Shown one piece after another: positions 1-9,725 of a DNA stretch of 64,000 nt. The notes below the pieces were generated by a model, which saw nothing but the letters and a program-made list of their open reading frames with translations, had not been told where the DNA came from and did not search any database. The position numbers and the translations under genes are program-made. The DNA comes from Nonlabens sp. (GTDB taxonomy: Bacteria; Bacteroidota; Bacteroidia; Flavobacteriales; Flavobacteriaceae). The DNA is taken from NCBI RefSeq assembly GCF_051251825.1, contig NZ_JBPOGG010000012.1, forward strand, positions 2,539 to 66,538. Direction: 5' to 3'. Every line of letters starts with the position of its first letter. Positions within the stretch are counted from its first letter, which is position 1.

Positions 1-106
1 TTTCTCCTGTCTGTGCGTTGTTTGTTTGAATGCTGTATTGTTGCGCTTTCGCGAAAGCGGAACCACAAAAAACATAAACTAAAACCATCAATAATGCTCT
101 ATTCAT
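1..106 (-). CDS. Partial CDS running off the left edge; secreted protein with Sec signal peptide
   Basis: Not in ORF track. ATG at 106 (minus) reads MNRALLMVLVYVFCGSAFAKAQQYSIQTNNAQTGE with no stop to position 1; hydrophobic core ending A-K-A|Q. Confidence 0.7.
   Translation of the reverse strand, partial: MNRALLMVLVYVFCGSAFAKAQQYSIQTNNAQTGE
44..59. repeat. 16-bp palindrome copy 1 (perfect), encodes AFAKA in signal peptide
   Basis: CGCTTTCGCGAAAGCG followed by GAAC. Confidence 0.95.
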
Positions 107-130
107 AATATGTGCTTAAAGTCTAAAAAT

Positions 131-159
131 AAAAAAAGCCTTTCAGATAGAAAGGCTTT
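131..159 (-). terminator. Intrinsic terminator after DUF3276 gene
   Basis: Stem aaagcctttc/gaaaggcttt, T-run on minus strand. Confidence 0.75.
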
Positions 160-181
160 AAGTAATAATTATGTGTGTTTC

Positions 182-571
182 CTAGATGTCGTCAAAGCTT
201 ACATCTGTAAAACTCTTTTTAGGTTCTTCGATATCAGTCGTTAACGGAGTTTCCTTTGCTGCGTGAACCGCTGGGTCATAATCTGCTTGATGTCTGTCTG
301 AAATGACCTCGCCACCTTTTTCTTTAATGATGAATTGAGTCATCTCTGCAAGTGTACCTTCAAACTCTGCAAAATCTTCTTTATAAAGGTAGATTTTGTG
401 TTTTTTAAAGTGGAAACTTCCATCATCGTTAGTGAACTTTTTGCTCTCTGTGATGGTTAGGTAGTAATCGTCTGCTTTTGTGGATCTCACGTCAAAGAAA
501 TAAGTGCGTCTTCCTGCACGAACTACTTTTGAAAAAATATCTTCCTGATCTTTGTAATCTCTATCGGCCAT
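182..571 (-). CDS. DUF3276 / PUR-family ssDNA- and RNA-binding protein
   Basis: IFSKVVRAGRRTYFFDVRSTKADDYYLTITESKK motif. Confidence 0.85.
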   Translation of the reverse strand: MADRDYKDQEDIFSKVVRAGRRTYFFDVRSTKADDYYLTITESKKFTNDDGSFHFKKHKIYLYKEDFAEFEGTLAEMTQFIIKEKGGEVISDRHQADYDPAVHAAKETPLTTDIEEPKKSFTDVSFDDI

Positions 572-599
572 TATTCTGTTTCAAGGTTATGAAGGCACC

Positions 600-607
600 A
601 AAAATAT
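600..607 (-). promoter_or_regulatory. Bacteroidota -7 promoter element for DUF3276
   Basis: TATTTTTG on minus strand about 29 nt upstream of ATG 571. Confidence 0.55.
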
Positions 608-669
608 AAAAAAATGTTAAATAGCAAAGCGATACTTGAAATATTATAGGAAATAAAAGGTAGCAGAGT

Positions 670-1308
670 TTAATTGGACTCTTTCACCTGATATTCTGGT
701 TCTGGTTCACCGAGTCGATCAGGTACTCCTTTAAATATATCATTCACGGCGCAGCTCAACTCTGGAAATAGCACTGAGGTTACTGTGTCACCTTCAGTTA
801 ACATGCGGTGTGCTTGATATTTTCCAGTTGAATCTAAATGATGTAAGCTTACCGTGCGTCTCAGATAATCAACAATCCAGTATTCTTGCACTCCAGCTTC
901 TTCATAAAGGTCAAATTTATCCTTGATTTCTTTTTTTGAGTTGCCTTTAGATAATACTTCAACAACTAAATCTGGAGCACCATGACAACCACGTTCATCA
1001 AGTTTACTCGCATCACATACTACGCAAACATCTGGTTGTAAGGTCGTGGCTTGCTTAGTTTGAGGAAATAATTCAACATCAAATGGAGCGATGAACGTAG
1101 AACAACCGTTATCGTTTTTATGTTTATCTATGATTTTTGCGATTTCAAAAACCACTTTTTGATGCGACATACTAGGTGCAGGACTCATCTTGTAGATTTT
1201 GCCTTTGAAAAGTTCTACACGTTCTTTAAATCTCCACAATAGATAGTCGGCATAACTGTAAGTTTTGTCGAGGTCTAAATCGTTGATGTCATAAATATAC
1301 TGTGGCAT
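670..1308 (-). CDS. Uma2 family (DUF820) endonuclease-like protein
   Basis: ERVELFKGKIYKMSPAP, QPDVCVV, GAPDLVVEVLS, YEEAGVQEYWIVD. Start moved from TTG 1314 to ATG 1308 because 1312-1319 is a TAAATTTG element. Confidence 0.85.
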   Translation of the reverse strand: MPQYIYDINDLDLDKTYSYADYLLWRFKERVELFKGKIYKMSPAPSMSHQKVVFEIAKIIDKHKNDNGCSTFIAPFDVELFPQTKQATTLQPDVCVVCDASKLDERGCHGAPDLVVEVLSKGNSKKEIKDKFDLYEEAGVQEYWIVDYLRRTVSLHHLDSTGKYQAHRMLTEGDTVTSVLFPELSCAVNDIFKGVPDRLGEPEPEYQVKESN

Positions 1309-1330
1309 ACTCAAATTTAAACAAAATGAT

Positions 1331-3088
1331 TTAAACCGATTCCTCTTCTAGCATTTGGTTTGCATACAATTCTGCATAGTAACCGTTACCGTTTACTAAG
1401 GATTGATGGTTTCCACGTTCTACCACACGACCTTCATCGAGTACGATGATTTGATCGGCATTTTTTGCACTACTCACACGGTGACTTACGATTACGGTCG
1501 TAGTGTTTTTAGTGATTTTCTTAAGATTGTTGAGGATTTTTTCTTCGGTCTCTGTATCAACAGCGCTTAAACAATCGTCAAATAATAGAATTTGTGGTTT
1601 CTTGATAATCGCACGAGCAATAGAAACACGTTGCTTTTGTCCACCACTTAATGTGATTCCGCGTTCACCTAGAATGGTATCATAATCTTTTGTAAAGTCT
1701 ATAATGTTTTTATGAACCACGGCATTTTTTGCAGCGGTGATAATTTCTTCTTTACTAGCATCTTTTTTACCGAAGGCGATATTGTTACCAATCGTGTCTG
1801 AGAATAAAAATGCATCTTGAGGAACATAACCTATTGCTTGACGTAAACTGTCTAGGTTTAATTCTCTTATAGGTGTTCCATCCACAGTAATGACACCATT
1901 TTCTACATCATAAAGTCGGCCTATTAATTCTAGAACTGTTGATTTTCCACTTCCTGTTTTTCCTAAAATAGCTAGTGTTTTTCCTGCTTCAATGGAGAAA
2001 CTTACATCTTTTAATGCGTGAATGTTTGTGTCTTCATATATAAAATTCACATTGTCAAATTCGATAGTTCCATTTACAGGAGTTTCTTTTGCAACTAAAT
2101 TTTGTATCGCTGGATTAATGTCTAGAAACTCGTTGATACGTTTTTGAGATACTGCTGCTTGCTGTACCATATTAGTTACCCAGCCTACTACAGCAACTGG
2201 CCAAGTCAACATGTTTACATAAATTAAAAACTCAGGAATAGTTCCTACGTCTATAATTCCTTCGGCAGCTTGTTTTCCTCCTATATAAAGAACTAAAACG
2301 TTACTAAGACCTATTAAAAGCACCATCAAAGGGAAAAATAAGGCTTGCACTCTAGCAAGGTCAATGTTTTTATCCTTACTATCATTTGCAACTACCGCAA
2401 ACTGATCGTTCATTTGCTGTGATAGATTGTATGCTTTAATTACTGAAATACCACTAAACGATTCTTGTGCAATTGTGTTTAAACTAGATAATTGTTCTTG
2501 AACTAGTTTAGATCGTTTTTGAATCTCACGACTTACTAAATAAATAGCTACCGATAGAAATGGCAGTGGAATAATCGTGTAAATCGCTAGAGTAGGAGCT
2601 GTATAAATCATCGCAGGAATTACGACGACAAATAGTGTAATCATGTTCACACTATACATTAACGCTGGTCCCATATACATGCGTACCTTAGAAACATCTT
2701 CACTGATGCGGTTCATTAAATCTCCCGTACGGTTTTGTTTATAGAATCCTAAGGAAAGCCTCTGGTACTGATTGTAAATGATATTCTTTAAATCATATTC
2801 AAGATGTCTTGACACGACTATAATTAACTGTCGCATCACAAAGGTCAATCCAGCAGATAATAACGTGGCGCCTAGAATAATGGCGATGTATTCTATTAAA
2901 CGATCATTAAGTAACGCCTTATCTGTAAGCGTGCCGTTGCCGTAATCATTTAAAAGATTGATGATCTTACCTATATATTTAGGTAAGAATATAGAGAGGT
3001 AACGTGCAATTACGGTAACTATAAAGCCACCTATAAGTTGCCACTTATACTTGGCAAAAAGTTTATTGAGTTTAAAAAGTTCTTTCAT
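1331..3088 (-). CDS. ABC exporter, fused permease/ATP-binding protein (MdlA/MsbA-like)
   Basis: N-terminal TM helices; Walker A GKTGSGKS; signature LSGGQKQR; Walker B ILLFDD. Confidence 0.9.
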   Translation of the reverse strand: MKELFKLNKLFAKYKWQLIGGFIVTVIARYLSIFLPKYIGKIINLLNDYGNGTLTDKALLNDRLIEYIAIILGATLLSAGLTFVMRQLIIVVSRHLEYDLKNIIYNQYQRLSLGFYKQNRTGDLMNRISEDVSKVRMYMGPALMYSVNMITLFVVVIPAMIYTAPTLAIYTIIPLPFLSVAIYLVSREIQKRSKLVQEQLSSLNTIAQESFSGISVIKAYNLSQQMNDQFAVVANDSKDKNIDLARVQALFFPLMVLLIGLSNVLVLYIGGKQAAEGIIDVGTIPEFLIYVNMLTWPVAVVGWVTNMVQQAAVSQKRINEFLDINPAIQNLVAKETPVNGTIEFDNVNFIYEDTNIHALKDVSFSIEAGKTLAILGKTGSGKSTVLELIGRLYDVENGVITVDGTPIRELNLDSLRQAIGYVPQDAFLFSDTIGNNIAFGKKDASKEEIITAAKNAVVHKNIIDFTKDYDTILGERGITLSGGQKQRVSIARAIIKKPQILLFDDCLSAVDTETEEKILNNLKKITKNTTTVIVSHRVSSAKNADQIIVLDEGRVVERGNHQSLVNGNGYYAELYANQMLEEESV

Positions 3089-3177
3089 ATCAATTGAAAA
3101 TTCTTCAATAGAATTTTCTTTTTTATTTCAATGCACGAATTTAGGACAGCGATATTGTTAAGTTGCTAAAATGAAGT

Positions 3178-3185
3178 TATTTTTG
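3178..3185 (+). promoter_or_regulatory. -7 promoter element upstream of ldh
   Basis: TATTTTTG. Confidence 0.6.
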
Positions 3186-3230
3186 CGCGCTTTTTAATTT
3201 GAGTTAGAGAGCGTTCAAAAAATAAATTTC

Positions 3231-4331
3231 ATGTCTCAATTTACCACTTTGGATAAAATTATAAATCAAGATCCAGTATTCGGTCAGTTATCATTTGATG
3301 ATCACGAGCAAGTCGTTTTCTGTAACGACAAAGATACAGGATTAAAGGCCATCATAGGAATCCATAATACGGTTTTAGGGCCAGCACTAGGTGGAACTCG
3401 CATGTGGCAATATGATAATGAATGGGCAGCATTAAATGATGCACTTCGTTTATCTAGAGGTATGACATTTAAAAGTGCGATTACTGGATTAAATCTAGGT
3501 GGAGGAAAAGCCGTAATTATAGGTGATGCCAAAACTCAAAAAACCCCAGAAATGATGCGTCGTTTCGGTGAGTTTGTACATTCTCTAAGTGGAAAATATA
3601 TTACTGCTGAGGACGTAGGTATGAAAACTGAAGATATGGATACGGTACGTGAGGTAACACCATACGTAACAGGAATATCTGAAGATAAAGGTGGTGCTGG
3701 AAATCCGTCTCCTATTACAGCTTATGGTGTTTTTATGGGAATGAAAGCCGCTGCAAAATATAAATATGGAAGCGATGTTCTTGAGGATAGAGTCGTTTAT
3801 GTAGAAGGAATAGGGAACGTAGGAGAAACTCTTGTGGAATATCTTACTCAAGAAGGTGCTCAGGTTCATATCGCAGACATCAACCAGGATCGTCTGGAAG
3901 AGGTGAGTTCTAAGTATGGCGCAAAAATCTATACAGGTGGAGATTTACATGCTGAGAAGATGGATATTTATGCTCCATGTGCTCTGGGAGCAACCATTAA
4001 TGATAATACCATCCAGAAATTACAAGCTTCTATAGTTGCCGGAGCCGCAAACAATCAACTGGCAGACGAAGGAAAACACGGAATGTTATTGCAACAACGC
4101 GGAATCGTTTATGCTCCAGATTTCTTGATAAACGCTGGTGGAATCATAAATGTTTATGCAGAACTAGAAGGTTATGACCGCACAGAGATTATGCGCAAAA
4201 CCGAGAATATATATACCACGACTATTGAAATCTTGAATAAAGCTCAAGAAAGTGGTGTGACTACACATACTGCAGCTATGCAAATTGCACAGGCTCGTAT
4301 AGATGCACGTCGTCAGGAGAATCGTGGATAA
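3231..4331 (+). CDS. ldh: Leu/Phe/Val dehydrogenase
   Basis: GPALGGTRM, GLNLGGGKAVI, GAANNQL, YAPDFLINAGG. Confidence 0.88.
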   Translation: MSQFTTLDKIINQDPVFGQLSFDDHEQVVFCNDKDTGLKAIIGIHNTVLGPALGGTRMWQYDNEWAALNDALRLSRGMTFKSAITGLNLGGGKAVIIGDAKTQKTPEMMRRFGEFVHSLSGKYITAEDVGMKTEDMDTVREVTPYVTGISEDKGGAGNPSPITAYGVFMGMKAAAKYKYGSDVLEDRVVYVEGIGNVGETLVEYLTQEGAQVHIADINQDRLEEVSSKYGAKIYTGGDLHAEKMDIYAPCALGATINDNTIQKLQASIVAGAANNQLADEGKHGMLLQQRGIVYAPDFLINAGGIINVYAELEGYDRTEIMRKTENIYTTTIEILNKAQESGVTTHTAAMQIAQARIDARRQENRG

Positions 4332-4347
4332 GTTATACTTATTGTAT

Positions 4348-4355
4348 TAACTTTG
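4348..4355 (+). promoter_or_regulatory. -7 promoter element upstream of nusB
   Basis: TAACTTTG. Confidence 0.6.
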
Positions 4356-4399
4356 CCCATTCAAAATAGGTCGTTGAGGCCGCAATAATATTTTAATTA

Positions 4400-4415
4400 C
4401 GCTTTCGCGAAAGCG
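4400..4415. repeat. 16-bp palindrome copy 2 (perfect), 5' of nusB
   Basis: TTA-CGCTTTCGCGAAAGCG-TAA extends to a 22-bp palindrome, 4397-4418. Confidence 0.95.
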
Positions 4416-4435
4416 TAAACTTAAAAATCGTTCTT

Positions 4436-5374
4436 ATGCTTACCCGTCGCCAACTACGTATCAAAGTGATGCAAGCTGTTTTTTCTTTTCAGAAACAACA
4501 AAATCCTGAAATTAAAGATTTTGAAAAGTTCTTGAATCAAAGCATGACTCAAACTTTTGTACTTTTTTTATACATGGTGCAACTGCTTGTTGAAATCCAT
4601 AAACTGGCAGAAGATCGCGTGGTAAAAGGACAACAGCGCCATCTAGCGACAGACTCTGACTTGAATCCTACCCGTAATTTTATCGATAATAAAATATTGA
4701 TGAAGCTGCGTGAAAGTCAAGTTCTCATGGACGCTCTTAAAAAGCGTAATTTAAAACCATGGCATCTAAACGTGCGTTATGTGGAGAATCTCTATAATCA
4801 GATTATTGAAAGTAAAACTTATGTGATTTACATGAGTGAACCTAATCAATCCTTAAAGGCTGATTTAAAATTCCTTACTCAAATTTATACAGACATCATC
4901 GCGCCTAATGATGAGATTCTAGATTTTCTGGAAGATGAAAACATCACTTGGACAGACGATTATCCTCTAGTGAACTCCTCAGTTATCATGTTTCTACGTA
5001 AAGTGAAACCTGGGAAAGATGTAGTTCTTCCAGAGCTCATCAAGGATGAAGATGATGTGAAATTTACTATGGATTTGTTTAGAAAAACGCTGTTTAATCG
5101 TGAAGATTTTCTGGAACGTATAGAAGGTAAAACGCCCAACTGGGAACAAGATCGTATTGCTCAAATTGACCTCGTTTTAATTATGATGGCGCAATGTGAG
5201 TTTCTTAAATTTAACAGCATTCCTGTAAAAGTAAGTTTGAATGAGTATTTGGAAATTTCCAAAGATTATTCTACTCCTAAGAGTAGTTTCTTTATTAACG
5301 GTATTCTTGATAATCTAGCAAAAGAATTTGAAGCCGAAGGAATTCTGAATAAATCAGGACGTGGCTTGATGTAG
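4436..5374 (+). CDS. nusB: Transcription antitermination factor NusB (long Bacteroidota form)
   Basis: RRQLRIKVMQ start; C-terminal NWEQDRIAQID, IPVKVSLNEYLEISKDYS, FINGILD. Confidence 0.9.
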   Translation: MLTRRQLRIKVMQAVFSFQKQQNPEIKDFEKFLNQSMTQTFVLFLYMVQLLVEIHKLAEDRVVKGQQRHLATDSDLNPTRNFIDNKILMKLRESQVLMDALKKRNLKPWHLNVRYVENLYNQIIESKTYVIYMSEPNQSLKADLKFLTQIYTDIIAPNDEILDFLEDENITWTDDYPLVNSSVIMFLRKVKPGKDVVLPELIKDEDDVKFTMDLFRKTLFNREDFLERIEGKTPNWEQDRIAQIDLVLIMMAQCEFLKFNSIPVKVSLNEYLEISKDYSTPKSSFFINGILDNLAKEFEAEGILNKSGRGLM

Positions 5375-5536
5375 AACCGTTATTTATCACATTATTCTTT
5401 TAATATAAGGCGAATACTTACAAAGTGAGTACTAAGTACATAACAATCTGTTAATATATACAGTAGACACTTGAAGTAAATCTATCTTTTAGTTACATTT
5501 GCTTCACTCTTAAAAAATACATTTAATAAGTACACT

Positions 5537-6007
5537 ATGAAAAAATTAGTTTTAATGGTAGCTGCAATAGCTACAATGGCAATTACAGGTTGTAACGAGA
5601 AAGCTGCTGCAACTATTGATGAAGCAAACTTAACTGCTGCTGCTGCACGTGAGTCTGTTGCTGGAGATTTTCCTGCGATGACTTTTGAGCAAGTAGAGTA
5701 TGATTTTGGTACTGTTGATGAAGGTACAGTTGTAGAGCATGAGTACAAGTTTACAAATACAGGTTCTGCACCACTTATCGTAGTGAATGCAAAAGGATCT
5801 TGTGGTTGTACAGTTCCTACTTGGTCTAAAGAGCCTATCGCTCCAGGAGAAACAGGTTCTATGCTTGTAAAATTCAACACAAACGGAAAGCCTAATAACC
5901 AAACTAAGACAGTTACAATTAAGGCAAACACTGAATCTGGTACTGAGTCTATCCGTATCAAAGGATTTGTTACTCCTAAGGCTAAGCCTGCTGCTCCAAA
6001 CGCATAA
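5537..6007 (+). CDS. DUF1573 domain lipoprotein
   Basis: Lipobox ITGC; YDFGTV, FTNTG, GSCGCTVP, IAPGETG; TACATTTG at 5494-5501. Confidence 0.85.
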   Translation: MKKLVLMVAAIATMAITGCNEKAAATIDEANLTAAAARESVAGDFPAMTFEQVEYDFGTVDEGTVVEHEYKFTNTGSAPLIVVNAKGSCGCTVPTWSKEPIAPGETGSMLVKFNTNGKPNNQTKTVTIKANTESGTESIRIKGFVTPKAKPAAPNA

Positions 6008-6010
6008 TTA

Positions 6011-6307
6011 ATGAATCAAGAATTATTGATGCAATGGGGACCTATTGTATTGATGGCGGCGATATTTTATTTCCTCATCATAAGACCACAGGCCCAACGC
6101 AGAAAAGAAGAAAAAGAGTTTGCAGAAACTCTTAAAGTAGGTGATAAAGTGATTATGTCCAGTGGAATTCACGGGAAAGTAACACAAATCAGTGCAGATA
6201 AAGGTACCGTTCAAGTTGAAACTGGTGCTGGAAAAATAACTTTTGAGAGATCAGCGATTTCTACTGAGTTATCTAAAAAGCTCACTGCTACACCTAAAGA
6301 AAATTAA
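6011..6307 (+). CDS. yajC: Preprotein translocase subunit YajC
   Basis: IFYFLIIRPQ, LKVGDKVIMSSGIHGKV. Confidence 0.92.
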   Translation: MNQELLMQWGPIVLMAAIFYFLIIRPQAQRRKEEKEFAETLKVGDKVIMSSGIHGKVTQISADKGTVQVETGAGKITFERSAISTELSKKLTATPKEN

Positions 6308-6328
6308 GAAGCACTGCTTCGCAAATAG

Positions 6329-6357
6329 AAAAACCCTTGAGAAATCAAGGGTTTTTT
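6329..6357. terminator. Bidirectional intrinsic terminator
   Basis: aaaaacccttga-gaaa-tcaagggtttttt between convergent genes. Confidence 0.8.
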
Positions 6358-6368
6358 GTGCTTTAAAG

Positions 6369-6860
6369 TTATAGATGCTTTTCCATTCCAGGTAACTTTT
6401 TCCACCTGCCATCTTCGGCGACTTGTTTTAAAGTGAGATTACGTTGTTCTAGCAATCGAGTCATATAATTGGCAAGAAATAATGTATCGGCTAGTTTTCC
6501 TAGAATACCTAATGGTGAGGTATAACTAAAAATATCTCTCATAAAAGTCTGACCATTTTCTAGTGTTTCAAAATGATGCTCATGGCGGAATGATTTAAAA
6601 GCGCCTTTCTCCATCTCGTCTGCAAAAAAATGATGTGGTTCTACATCAGTTATTTTGCTGGTGAGTTGTTGTGTGACACCTAGATGTTTTGCTTCCCAAG
6701 TCACAGTTTCACCTTTTTCAACCAGTCCAGTCATTCTTCCAGCAATCGCTTTCTCATTAGTATGTGCCAGTGATAACATGTGTAGATCTATACTGCGTGC
6801 AAGGTCATAAACGATTTCAATAGGTGCGTTTATAGAGGTTTCTAGATGTAAATCGGGCAT
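6369..6860 (-). CDS. SRPBCC family protein
   Basis: GETVTWEAKHLG, FADEMEKGAFKSFRHEHHF; TATCTTTG (minus) at 6875-6882. Confidence 0.8.
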   Translation of the reverse strand: MPDLHLETSINAPIEIVYDLARSIDLHMLSLAHTNEKAIAGRMTGLVEKGETVTWEAKHLGVTQQLTSKITDVEPHHFFADEMEKGAFKSFRHEHHFETLENGQTFMRDIFSYTSPLGILGKLADTLFLANYMTRLLEQRNLTLKQVAEDGRWKKLPGMEKHL

Positions 6861-6999
6861 GAGTTGAGTTTACACAAAGATAACATCCACATCGTCATAA
6901 ATGGTTCAATGATAAACTTCATATTACATTTCCATAGAGACAATTGCTATATTTGAGTGTCGATAATGATGTATAGAAGAAATAAGAGGTGTTGAATTC

Positions 7000-7015
7000 C
7001 GCTTTCGCGAAAGCG
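7000..7015. repeat. 16-bp palindrome copy 3 (perfect), 5' of glgA
   Basis: GAATTC-CGCTTTCGCGAAAGCG-TAC, downstream of TATATTTG at 6948-6955. Confidence 0.95.
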
Positions 7016-7047
7016 TACTTATTATCACTCAACTAATAAAAAGAAGA

Positions 7048-8457
7048 ATGAGAATTTTACATATAAGTGCCGAGTGTTATCCCATTGCCAAAGTAGGCGG
7101 ACTGGCTGATGTGGTAGGTGCGTTACCTAAATATTTAAACGAATCTGGACAAGAAGCCAGTGTAATCATGCCGTTTTATAATGTGCGTTTTACACAGCAG
7201 CATAAATTTGAAACCGTTTATGAAGATGCTTTTTTTGTAGGTCAAGATAATTTTGAGTTTAGAATTTTGAAGCTCAAAGGGAAATCAGTGGATTTTGATT
7301 TGTTCTTAGTAGATGTACCTGAACTGTTATTTAAGGAATATGTCTATTCATTTGACGATTCACAGCGTTTTACAGCGTTTCAAATCGCTGCTTTAAAATG
7401 GATTCAAACTCATACACATAAACCCGATGTAATCCATTGTCATGACCATCATACAGGACTGGTTCCTTTTATGATGCAGTATTGTTATCGTTTTGAGAAT
7501 TTGAAAAGCATTCCCACGGTGCTGACTATTCATAATGCCCAATATCAAGGCTGGTTTTCTCACGATCGTGTAGATATGATTCCTGATTTTGACAAGAAAC
7601 ATATCGGTTTACTGGATTGGGGCGATTCTATAAATCCGCTGGCGGCGGCTATAAAGTGCGCCTGGCGTGTGAATACGGTTTCTCCTAGTTATATGGAAGA
7701 GCTGAAGCAAAATGCCAATGGACTGGAATCTCTATTAAGTCATGAGGCTGCAAAATGCTCTGGTATTCTCAACGGTATTGATACCAAAGTATGGAATACA
7801 GAAACAGATTCATTTATTAAAAAACAATACACGGTAAGCTCTAATGTGAGCGGTAAAAAAGCCAATAAAAAATGGTTGTGTGATAATTACGGATTAGATA
7901 TTAATAAACCACTTTTTGTGTTTATAGGAAGATTAGTTCATGAGAAAGGATCTGATTTATTTCCAGCTGTCTTTAATGCGGTACTTCAAGAAAATGATAT
8001 TTCCATACTTCTTTTAGGAAGTGGAAATAAAGAAACAGAACAAGAGCTTATTGCTTTAAAAGATAAGCATAATGGTCATTTCAATGCATTTATAGGTTAT
8101 GATGAGGAGTTGTCTCACATCATTTATGCTGGTGGAGATTTCCTTTTAATGCCATCGCGAGTAGAACCATGTGGTTTAAATCAAATGTATTCCTTAAATT
8201 ACGGTACCATTCCTATTGTGCGTAGTATAGGTGGATTAAAAGACACTATAGTGGATGTGGAAGATGGTGGTTTTGGTTTTACACATAAAGACACGAGCAT
8301 AGAAGACATGAAAAAAGCGATAGAACGTGCAGCAGCTTTTTATGAAAACCCAACCGAGTTTAGAAAAACGAGAAAACGTATCATGAAGATTGATCACTCT
8401 TGGGATAACTCAGCACAGCAGTACATTAACTTATACAACTCACTAAAAAACAAGTAA
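7048..8457 (+). CDS. glgA: Glycogen synthase
   Basis: KVGGLADV, IHCHDHHTG, GILNGID, PSRVEPCGLNQM. Confidence 0.93.
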   Translation: MRILHISAECYPIAKVGGLADVVGALPKYLNESGQEASVIMPFYNVRFTQQHKFETVYEDAFFVGQDNFEFRILKLKGKSVDFDLFLVDVPELLFKEYVYSFDDSQRFTAFQIAALKWIQTHTHKPDVIHCHDHHTGLVPFMMQYCYRFENLKSIPTVLTIHNAQYQGWFSHDRVDMIPDFDKKHIGLLDWGDSINPLAAAIKCAWRVNTVSPSYMEELKQNANGLESLLSHEAAKCSGILNGIDTKVWNTETDSFIKKQYTVSSNVSGKKANKKWLCDNYGLDINKPLFVFIGRLVHEKGSDLFPAVFNAVLQENDISILLLGSGNKETEQELIALKDKHNGHFNAFIGYDEELSHIIYAGGDFLLMPSRVEPCGLNQMYSLNYGTIPIVRSIGGLKDTIVDVEDGGFGFTHKDTSIEDMKKAIERAAAFYENPTEFRKTRKRIMKIDHSWDNSAQQYINLYNSLKNK

Positions 8458-8459
8458 AT

Positions 8460-9725
8460 ATGAACGATAAAGTATTAAGTATCATCTTAGGTGGTGGACA
8501 AGGTTCCAGATTATATCCATTAACAGAAAGTCGTTCTAAACCTGCGGTTCCCATCGCTGGTAAATATCGTTTAGTAGATATTCCTATTTCTAACTGTATC
8601 AATTCTGGTTTGAAGAGAATGTACGTGTTGACACAGTTCAACTCGGCATCGTTAAATAGACATATTAAGAATACGTATCAGTTTAGTTTTTTTAGTTCTG
8701 CATTTGTAGATGTACTAGCTGCTGAGCAAACTCCAGATAACAAAGGCTGGTTCCAAGGAACTGCTGATGCGGTACGCCAGAGCATGCACCATGCCCTAAC
8801 TCACGAATTTGAGTATGTATTGATTTTATCTGGTGACCAGTTATATCAAATGGATTTTAATGAAATGTTGCAAGCTCATATCGAGGCAGATGCTAAAATC
8901 TCAATCGCAACCATTCCAGTAACAGTAAAAGATGCAACGAGTTTTGGAATTTTAAAGACCGATAAAAACAATGTCATTACCTCATTTATAGAAAAACCAG
9001 ACGCTAAGCTATTACCAGACTGGACGAGTCCAACGAGTGACGCAATGAAAAAACAAAATAAAAATCACCTAGCGAGTATGGGGATTTATATTTTTAATAG
9101 AGATTTATTAGTAGAGTTGTTGAAAGATGAAAGTGCGATTGATTTTGGGAAAGAGATTATTCCTCAATCCATCGATAACCATAAAACGCTGAGTTATCAG
9201 TTTGAAGGTTACTGGACTGACATAGGAAACATAGATTCGTTCTTTGATGCTAACTTAGGACTCACAGATGATATTCCTGAATTCAATCTTTATGATGATA
9301 AACAACGCGTGTATACAAATGCTCGTTTACTGCCTACTTCTAAGATTTCAGGAACTTTATTAGAAAAAGCCGTTATTGCCGAAGGCTGTATCATTCACGC
9401 TGCAAAAATCGAACGTTCTGTCATAGGGATACGTTCTAGAATAGGAAAGGAAAGTACAGTGATCAATACTTACATGATGGGTAATGATACCTACGAAACG
9501 CTTGATGAAATCTCAAAATCCAAAATTGAAATTCTTACAGGAATAGGCGACCGCTGTTTTATTAAAAACACCATTATAGATAAGAATGTACGCATAGGAG
9601 ATGATGTGAGAATCAATGGAGGAAAACATCTTGAAGATCAAGAAACAGAACACTTTGTAGTAAAAGATGGAATCGTAGTCATCAAGAAAAATGCTGTGAT
9701 TCCTAAGGGTTTCTCACTTAAATAA
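8460..9725 (+). CDS. glgC: Glucose-1-phosphate adenylyltransferase
   Basis: ILGGGQGSRLYPLT, RSKPAVP, GTADAVRQ, ASMGIYIF. Confidence 0.95.
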   Translation: MNDKVLSIILGGGQGSRLYPLTESRSKPAVPIAGKYRLVDIPISNCINSGLKRMYVLTQFNSASLNRHIKNTYQFSFFSSAFVDVLAAEQTPDNKGWFQGTADAVRQSMHHALTHEFEYVLILSGDQLYQMDFNEMLQAHIEADAKISIATIPVTVKDATSFGILKTDKNNVITSFIEKPDAKLLPDWTSPTSDAMKKQNKNHLASMGIYIFNRDLLVELLKDESAIDFGKEIIPQSIDNHKTLSYQFEGYWTDIGNIDSFFDANLGLTDDIPEFNLYDDKQRVYTNARLLPTSKISGTLLEKAVIAEGCIIHAAKIERSVIGIRSRIGKESTVINTYMMGNDTYETLDEISKSKIEILTGIGDRCFIKNTIIDKNVRIGDDVRINGGKHLEDQETEHFVVKDGIVVIKKNAVIPKGFSLK

